NCBI GenBank assembly: GCA_043808405.1
Contig: JAZDEX010000039.1
Location: 1 to 48,288, forward strand
DNA length: 48,288 bases
Reading direction: 5' to 3'
Source: Candidatus Omnitrophota bacterium
GTDB taxonomy: Bacteria; Omnitrophota; Gorgyraeia; Gygaellales; Profunditerraquicolaceae
Positions 38,836 to 46,200 of this stretch are shown piece by piece; position 1 is the first letter of the stretch; every line of letters starts with the position of its first letter. The notes beneath the pieces are model-generated. The model saw nothing but the letters and a program-made list of their open reading frames with translations. It did no database searches and had not been told where the DNA came from. The translations under genes and the position numbers were made by a program.

Positions 38836-39633
38836 ATGCATATTAAAGGTATGAAAAGCAAAGCGAAAGAAATCAAAAAAATTGTTAGAGAGGGTTATGC
38901 TAAGGCAATTACGCAGAATACTTCCTGTTGCTCTACAGATTCCTGCTGTGGAAGTACAAATAAAGCTAAAAATATAAGTAAAACGGTTGGATATAGTGAT
39001 GCGGAAATGAACACCGTTCCTGAAGGTGCGAATTTAGGTTTCGGGTGCGGCAATCCGGTAGCCGTCGCATCATTAAAAGAAGGCGATGTGGTGCTTGACT
39101 TGGGCAGTGGCGCAGGGTTTGATGCGTTTCTGGCTTCATCGAAAGTTGGCAAGACCGGCCGCGTTATTGGTGTTGATATGACGTCAGAGATGATTGAAAA
39201 AGCTAAGGCGAATGCTAAAAAAGGCAATTATACGAATGTAGAATTTAGGTTTGGCGAGATTGAAAAGTTGCCGGTTGATAATAGCTCTATCGATGTGATT
39301 ATTTCAAACTGTGTTATCAATCTTTCGCCTGATAAGAAAGCGGTATTTAAAGAGGCGCATAGGGTTTTGAAATCCGGCGGCAGGTTGATGGTCTCAGATT
39401 TAGTGCTGGTTAAAGACTTGTCGGATGCGCTTAAAAGTTCTGTTGAGGCGTATGTAGGTTGCCTTGCCGGAACAATTAAAAAAGATGATTATCTAAAATT
39501 TATAATAATGGCTGGATTTCAGAATGTTGAAATAATCAGTGAGTTGCCTTATCTAGTTGATGCGATATTTGACAATCTTGAGAGCGCTCAAGATGCGGTA
39601 GTTAGTATAAAAGTTTCTGCCGTAAAGAAATAA
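38836..39633 (+). CDS. arsM: Arsenite S-adenosylmethionine methyltransferase
   Basis: N-terminal CC pairs, LGFGCGNP, LDLGSGAGFD, ISNCVINL, YVGCLAG. Confidence 0.92.
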   Translation: MHIKGMKSKAKEIKKIVREGYAKAITQNTSCCSTDSCCGSTNKAKNISKTVGYSDAEMNTVPEGANLGFGCGNPVAVASLKEGDVVLDLGSGAGFDAFLASSKVGKTGRVIGVDMTSEMIEKAKANAKKGNYTNVEFRFGEIEKLPVDNSSIDVIISNCVINLSPDKKAVFKEAHRVLKSGGRLMVSDLVLVKDLSDALKSSVEAYVGCLAGTIKKDDYLKFIIMAGFQNVEIISELPYLVDAIFDNLESAQDAVVSIKVSAVKK

Positions 39634-39645
39634 AATAACGGAGGC

Positions 39646-39882
39646 ATGATGAAAATTGAGATTTTAGGTGTCGGTTGCCTTAAGTGCAAACAGCTTATTG
39701 CTAATACTGAGGTGGCGGTTAAAGAATTAAATATCCAAGCTGAAATCGGTAAGGTCACGGATATTGATAAAATTATCGAATACGGCGTAATGATGACTCC
39801 GGCTTTAGCAATTGATGGTACTGTTGTGTCAGCAGGGAAAGTTTTAAGTAAAGACGAGATTAAAAAGATTATTTTAAAATAG
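39646..39882 (+). CDS. Small thioredoxin/glutaredoxin-like protein (MTH895 type)
   Basis: ILGVGCLKC, YGVMMTPALAIDG. Confidence 0.88.
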   Translation: MMKIEILGVGCLKCKQLIANTEVAVKELNIQAEIGKVTDIDKIIEYGVMMTPALAIDGTVVSAGKVLSKDEIKKIILK

Positions 39883-39892
39883 GGAGGAAAAG

Positions 39893-40318
39893 TTGAAGAA
39901 ATTAAGCGTAATATTTCTAGCGGCTGTTGCGATAATTAGTGCGAGTTTTTTAGCTTTTGCCGCAGAGGATAAGCCTGTAGGAAAGGTTATCGTATATTAT
40001 TTTCATGGAGCAATGCGCTGTCCGACCTGTCATAAGTTGGAGCAGTATTCCAAGGAAGCGATAGAAGTTAACTTTAAAGATGCGCTTGCATCAGGGAAGT
40101 TGGAGTTTAAAGTTGTAAATGTAGAAGATCGAGGTAATGAGCACTATAATAACGATTATCAGCTTTATACAAAATCGCTTATTTTGTCTTTAGTTAAAGA
40201 TGGCAAAGAAATTAAATGGAAGAATATGGATAAAATTTGGGAGCACGTCGGCAATAAGCAGAAATTTATTGATTATGTAAAGAGCGGGGTTGCCGATTTT
40301 CTAGAGGCAGCTAAATGA
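39893..40318 (+). CDS. Exported thioredoxin-fold protein, ArsF-like
   Basis: Signal peptide, VYYFHGAMRCPTC, WKNMDKIWE; GGAGG and TTG start. Confidence 0.75.
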   Translation: MKKLSVIFLAAVAIISASFLAFAAEDKPVGKVIVYYFHGAMRCPTCHKLEQYSKEAIEVNFKDALASGKLEFKVVNVEDRGNEHYNNDYQLYTKSLILSLVKDGKEIKWKNMDKIWEHVGNKQKFIDYVKSGVADFLEAAK

Positions 40319-41004
40319 CAGAGGTATTTATGGGTATGCTTGGAGCGTTGTGGCTGGGCATTTTGACATCGATTAGTCCATGCCCTTTGGCCAGTAATGT
40401 GGCGGCTATTTCGTTTCTCTCTAAAAAAATAGCACATCCAGCACTGGTGTTTATTTCAGGGTTAGCGTATACATTCGGCCGGATGGTTTCTTATGCTCTT
40501 CTGGGATGGATTATTATTAGCTCTCTTTTAAGCGTTCCTCAAGTTGCTCAGTTTTTACAGAAATACATGGGTAAGGCTTTGGGCCCGTTATTAATTATTA
40601 CCGGGTTAGTTTTGTTAGAGATAATTACTATTGGTCTTCCAGGATTGTCGCTTTCGCAAAAGCATCATAATAAACTTGCTGATTCTGGCGCGCCGGGTGC
40701 ATTTTTGCTGGGTTTTATCTTTGCCCTGGCATTTTGCCCAATTTCAGCGGCGTTATACTTTGGGAGCCTTATTCCTTTAGCTGTTAATAGTAAAAGCGGC
40801 ATTGTTTTACCATTTATTTACGGAATTGGCACAGGGTTACCGGTTCTTGCATTTGCTGTTGCCATTGCTTTGGGGGTGGCGTCTTTAAGCCATTGGTTTA
40901 ATAAAATAACGCGGCTTGAATTTTATACTCGAAAGATTACGGGAGTTATATTTATTCTTGTTGGCTTATATTACACAGGGATATATATTTTGAAATTATT
41001 TTAA
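40315..41004 (+). CDS. ArsG-like / DsbD-CcdA family membrane protein
   Basis: [26 protein letters not shown]; about 6 TM helices. Confidence 0.8.
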   Translation: MTEVFMGMLGALWLGILTSISPCPLASNVAAISFLSKKIAHPALVFISGLAYTFGRMVSYALLGWIIISSLLSVPQVAQFLQKYMGKALGPLLIITGLVLLEIITIGLPGLSLSQKHHNKLADSGAPGAFLLGFIFALAFCPISAALYFGSLIPLAVNSKSGIVLPFIYGIGTGLPVLAFAVAIALGVASLSHWFNKITRLEFYTRKITGVIFILVGLYYTGIYILKLF

Positions 41005-41015
41005 GGAGAAATACA

Positions 41016-42056
41016 ATGCCAGATAATATAATTAAAAAATTAAGTTTTTTAGATCGCTTTCTAACCTTATGGATATTTTTAGCTATGGGGCTGGGAGTTT
41101 TATCTGGGTATCTATATCCAGGGATAGCGGATTTCTGGAACCGTTTTCAGGTTGGCACAACCAATATTCCTATAGCCGTAGGTTTGATTTTAATGATGTA
41201 CCCGCCGCTGGCTAAAGTTAAGTATGAAGAATTGGGTACACTCTTACGCGATGCCCGGGTTCTTTTTCTGTCTTTAGTACAGAATTGGATTATTGGCCCG
41301 GTGTTAATGTTTATTTTGGCGATTGTTTTTTTGCGCGGCTATCCAGAATATATGGCGGGGTTGATTTTAATTGGCCTGGCGCGTTGTATTGCCATGGTTA
41401 TTGTTTGGAATGATTTAGCTAAAGGCGATACAGAGTATTGCGCGGGCCTTGTGGCATTTAATTCATTTTTTCAGGTTTTATTTTATTCAGCTTATGCCTG
41501 GTTTTTTATAGGCGTTGCCCCCGGATGGTTCGGCTTGAAAACAATGTCGGCAAATATTTCTATGGGCCAGATTGCCCAAAGCGTATTTATTTATTTAGGT
41601 ATTCCGTTTTTAGCTGGAATGCTTACGCGTTTTGCTATTATTAAAATTAAAGGTAAGGCCTGGCATCATGAGAAATTTATTCCTAGAATTAGCCCGCTAA
41701 CTTTGATTTCTTTATTATTTACTATTTTTGTGATGTTTTCTTTGAAAGGTGAGTATATCGTTAGGATTCCGATGGATGTGTTAAGAATTGCTATTCCGTT
41801 ATTGATTTATTTTTTAGTTATGTTTTTGTTATCTTTCTATATGGGCAAGCGCTCTGGAGCCGGCTACGCCAAATCAGCAACGCTTTCTTTTACTGCCGCC
41901 AGCAATAATTTTGAATTGGCAATTGCCGTGGCAGTTGCGGTTTTTGGGATTAACTCTGCTCAAGCCTTTACCGCAGTTATTGGCCCGCTGGTCGAGGTAC
42001 CGGTTTTAATTGGGTTGGTTAATGTGTCATTGTATTTTAAGAAGAGGTATTTTTAA
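41016..42056 (+). CDS. acr3: Acr3 arsenite efflux transporter
   Basis: [47 protein letters not shown]. Confidence 0.95.
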   Translation: MPDNIIKKLSFLDRFLTLWIFLAMGLGVLSGYLYPGIADFWNRFQVGTTNIPIAVGLILMMYPPLAKVKYEELGTLLRDARVLFLSLVQNWIIGPVLMFILAIVFLRGYPEYMAGLILIGLARCIAMVIVWNDLAKGDTEYCAGLVAFNSFFQVLFYSAYAWFFIGVAPGWFGLKTMSANISMGQIAQSVFIYLGIPFLAGMLTRFAIIKIKGKAWHHEKFIPRISPLTLISLLFTIFVMFSLKGEYIVRIPMDVLRIAIPLLIYFLVMFLLSFYMGKRSGAGYAKSATLSFTAASNNFELAIAVAVAVFGINSAQAFTAVIGPLVEVPVLIGLVNVSLYFKKRYF

Positions 42057-42078
42057 TGAGTAGTGGTAAGGAAAGATA

Positions 42079-42750
42079 ATGCATATTCCTGATGGGTATT
42101 TAAGCCCGCAAACAGGTGGGTTGTTTTATTTAGTAATGCTGCCGATTTGGATTATGGCTTCAAAGATCGTTAAGAAGGCTTTGAAAGCGCGGCAGGTGCC
42201 GCTTTTGGCAATTGGCGCGGCATTTAGTTTTGTAATTATGATGTTTAATGTGCCGATACCCGGAGGGACTACCGGCCATGCAGTGGGTGCGGTGTTGGTT
42301 GCGATATTGCTGGGGCCATGGGCAGCTTGTATTGCCGTAACAATAGCTTTAGTAATTCAGGCTTTGCTTTTTGGTGATGGAGGGATTATTGCTATCGGAG
42401 CAAATTGTTTTAATATGGCATTTTTGGAAGTGTTTGCCGGCTATTACATATATAGGATTATTAGTATACGTTCGAGTACTACTTCAGGCAGGCGGGTTGC
42501 TGCCGCTTTTATTGCCGGATATGTGGGGATAAATATCGCCGCACTTTCTGCGGCAATAATGTTTGGAGTTCAACCATTATTTTATAAAACTGCCAGTGGC
42601 CAAGCGTTATATTGCCCCTATGGCTTAAATGTGGCAGTGCCGGTGATGCTAGGCGAGCATTTGTTGATATTTGGCTGGGTTGAGGCATTGGTTACGGCGC
42701 TGGTAATTAAATATTTGCAAAAGCAGGATCCGGATTTGTTGAATATATGA
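42079..42750 (+). CDS. cbiM: Ni/Co ECF transporter S component (CbiM/NikM)
   Basis: N-terminal MHIPDGYL, PGGTTGH, QALLFGDGG, GANCFNM. Confidence 0.9.
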   Translation: MHIPDGYLSPQTGGLFYLVMLPIWIMASKIVKKALKARQVPLLAIGAAFSFVIMMFNVPIPGGTTGHAVGAVLVAILLGPWAACIAVTIALVIQALLFGDGGIIAIGANCFNMAFLEVFAGYYIYRIISIRSSTTSGRRVAAAFIAGYVGINIAALSAAIMFGVQPLFYKTASGQALYCPYGLNVAVPVMLGEHLLIFGWVEALVTALVIKYLQKQDPDLLNI

Positions 42751-43079
42751 AAACTACGCAGAAACTATGGTTGGGGATTCTGATTCTAGTAATATTATCT
42801 CCTTTGGGTTTGATTTTGCCGCATTATTTTAAAGCTGGCAGCGCTTGGGGTGAGTGGGGTAGTGAAGAGGTTGGTGGCCTGGTAGGCTATATTCCAAAAG
42901 GTTTAGCCAAGTTATCTACTATTTGGAACGCGCTTATTCCGGATTATGCCTTTAAAGGTTGGGAAGAAAAAGGCTTGGGAAGTTTAAGCCTTGCTTATAT
43001 CGCCTCGGCGATAATCGGAATCTTCGTTATTATCTGCGTAGTCTTACTAATCGGTAAATTTCTACACAAAAAAGATTAA
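42747..43079 (+). CDS. NikN/PDGLE-type accessory membrane protein
   Basis: Two TM helices, AWGEWG, ALIPDY; overlaps the cbiM stop. Confidence 0.8.
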   Translation: MKTTQKLWLGILILVILSPLGLILPHYFKAGSAWGEWGSEEVGGLVGYIPKGLAKLSTIWNALIPDYAFKGWEEKGLGSLSLAYIASAIIGIFVIICVVLLIGKFLHKKD

Positions 43080-43167
43080 GAAACCGCTTTCTTTTGAGCC
43101 CCTTTTAGCCTTGCCTTTTACCTATATATAAGGCATACTTTATCCACAGAATATTATTATTAACAAA

Positions 43168-43211
43168 GTGGCTATCGTTTAAATGGTAGCTACGCTTGTG
43201 GGTAACTTTAA
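43168..43211 (+). repeat. Hairpin plus DnaA-box-like composite element (family B), copy 1
   Basis: GTGGCTATCGTTTAAATGGTAGCTAC-GCT-TGTGGGTAACTTTAA; a perfect TTATCCACA also lies at 43140-43148. Confidence 0.7.
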
Positions 43212-43214
43212 TTT

Positions 43215-46200
43215 ATGCCTAGCAAAACCCTATTTAAGATACTCTCATTATTTATTTGCTTCCTGCTTATTTTTGATCAATCAGGTTTAGCTCAGACTGC
43301 GGCTCAGTTGAATATAGCTGGCTATTTGAGCGGGCTGAATAATGCTGCTATCCAAAATAAATTCCGCCCTTTGCATTTAAGGTTTCTGCAGTATATTGCA
43401 GAGAATAATAGCTTTAAGCTATTAATAGACAAGGGGAGCGGCAGTGTCATTGCGAGCGAGGCTGAAGGCCGAGCGAAGCAATCTTTCAAGATTGCTTCGT
43501 CGCCTGCGGCTCCTCGCAATGACACTGAGTTAGAAGCGGCCACTAAAAATCTCCTAAATTACTTCTTCATCGGTTTAACCCTTCCTAATGATAGCTTTTG
43601 GGTAAATCTCCGCCCTGACTCGCCTGACAATATTATTGATGACGCTTTAGCCAAAACCGATGTGGGTAAAATTCTTCTTGAAGCGGATGTTCAGTTAAAG
43701 AAAGACACCGCTAAATTCACCTCGCCCGATACCCCTGAAGGGAAAGTTTATTGGAGTAAGCTTTATAAAAAAGCAGGGGAGCTTTTTGGCTCTGAGAATA
43801 TTACTATTCCTACTTTAACCCGGCCTTGGATTGTCCCGGGTGAAATTATTATTTATGAATCTAAAGGCAGCGCCTACGTCTATAAGGCCAGCTTGAAAGT
43901 AATGCTGGAGGAAGACTATCTTAGGGATGCCTCTAGTAGTCGACGTTTAAACGTCGACTACTCTGTGGATAACTTTAAGGATGAGAGATTAAAGCAACTT
44001 AATAAATACTCCACAGAATTAATTAAAGAATCTATTATCCCAAAACTTACCAAAGAAATAAATACCTCTAAGCGTTACGCCGCCCTTCGACAGGTATATT
44101 ATTCGTTAATTCTCGCGCAGTGGTTTAAAACGCGTTTTAATGTAGGGGCACCCCTTGTGGGTGCCATAAACGATAGGGCGGGCACAAGGCCCGCCCCTAC
44201 AAATATGATTAATCTTATTGATTCCAAAAATCTCACCAACCTTACCTCCAAAACCGCTTGGTCCAAAGATACCTATTTCCAAGAATACCAAAAATCTTTT
44301 AAAGATGGCGAGTATAATTATCAAGAGCCAGTTTATACTATGCAGGGTAAAAATATTAGGAGTTATTTCTCTGGTGGGCTTACACTGGGTAAGGCTGTAG
44401 CTGGTGCTGTTTCATCTGATCCAGCTGGTTTAGCCGGCGCAGGCACCGCGAGAATAGAACATTCTCTGAAAGCATCACCTGATACTGTGGCTAATCTTGC
44501 GGTTACCGCTGAATTAAATCCAAATAACCCTTCTGAAGTTACAAGAGTTACAGCAGGAATCCCAGAAGAGGCGTCCTTGCCCGAGGTTCCTCAAGCCCAA
44601 GGCCAATCAATAGGCGCCTCTTCTTCAAATATTGATTTAGATGATAGTACATCTTTAACTGATTTAGGCCAATCAACCGGTAAATCCGGTTTAATAGGGA
44701 AATATGAGGTTATAGACGGACCGGTATTCAATGAAACCCTAGGGATACTTGTAGTAAGGTTAAGAGATATCGAAACTCAAAAAGAAAGAACCGTTAATCT
44801 AAAATTAGCAAAAAGAATTTCGCTTAAAGATACAAAAAGAAAATTGCAGGATAATCAAATTTTAATGAACAATAAAATAGCAGGAAAGATTGTTAAATGG
44901 TTTTTAGATATATTTCATGGTGATATATTAGCCATAGAGGATAACGAATATGGTATTTTTGGTGCTTCAGGCAGCACGATCATTGTAACAGATAAGCTTT
45001 CAGCCAACCCTATAGTATTATTTCATGAAGTAGGGCATAGTGCTATAGATTCGGGGGCTGTAAGTGTTGATGAAATAATAGATTTCTTATCACCGGAAGC
45101 GAAGTCGTGGTTTGATGCACATATATCTAAGGGAGGGCGAGCAAATCTACGTGTACATTATGCTTTAAGGGCTTTGCAAAGGGATATATTTGGCGAAGAC
45201 GACAAAGAGTTAACCGAAGTAATTAAACATAGCTTAGAAGGACAAGCCAGCGAACATCTAACGCCCAGAAAATCCGTTGTTAATATATGGCAGGCAATTA
45301 AGGGTCGAACTGCTATTTTAATTGGTAATGACAGACAAATAAGAAATTATTTAGCTTTAGAGTTGGAAGATTTTAGACAGACGTTTAATCCTGAAAGGTT
45401 AAAAAGAATTATTTTTCAATTAATTGATGCAAGGCGGCTCGAGTATCTCGATCCATTGTTAAGCGTTTTATGCAGTTTTAAATATATGAGCTATATGGAT
45501 ACACTTGCTCTGCAAGGCGAATCAATGGTACATGCCATTAATAGATCTATTGCTGATATAGAGCATAAACTGGTGCAAGCAGGGAATTGGAGTTTTTCGG
45601 AAAAAATGTCACGTTGGGGACGCGATGCCATAGTTAAAGCAGACTATATGAGAATAGATACAGATTTTAAGGAACAGGTTTTTAAAACAGGTAAGCGTGT
45701 TGATACAATTGAAGCAGTATTAGCCCAAATTGATGCCGCAAAATTTGGCGATGCCTATGTCCTTGAGAGAGTATTAACTTATGCTGAATATCTTACTTTA
45801 TTTAAAGGTAAGACCTATGAATTAGGTATTTCCATTGTAGAGCATGAGGGAAAATATTATACGGTTATTATTAGGGGCAATAAAACATCTTGTTATATTT
45901 TAGATGGGCTATTAGGTATTCATATCCATCCTGGAAATGGAATATATACTGTTTTTGCCTCGTGGGGCGATATTGAATCACTAAGGGCATCTTCTAGTAA
46001 CGATAATTATATCTACCACGAAGCATCTAAAAGCCTTCTTAAATATAGCATAATGGGAAATTATAAGCAGGATTATATTTTGATTAAGTTAGATGATGGC
46101 AGGGAATATAAATTTTCGATTAAGCATGATGATTTTAAAAATGTTCTAATCTATGGTCCAATGGTTGGCTTGGGAGAAAAGAATGCTGTTGTAATAGATA

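Noticed and set aside
631-39227. Numerous 60-240 aa minus-strand ORFs (e.g. 18992-19711, 25922-26509)
   Set aside because: Antisense to well-supported genes and without recognisable motifs.
42057-42078. Cobalamin or NiCo riboswitch before cbiM
   Set aside because: The intergenic gap is only 22 nt.
43080-43214. Replication origin
   Set aside because: Only two DnaA-like boxes in 135 bp, no dnaA/dnaN nearby, and the G-rich skew resumes downstream.
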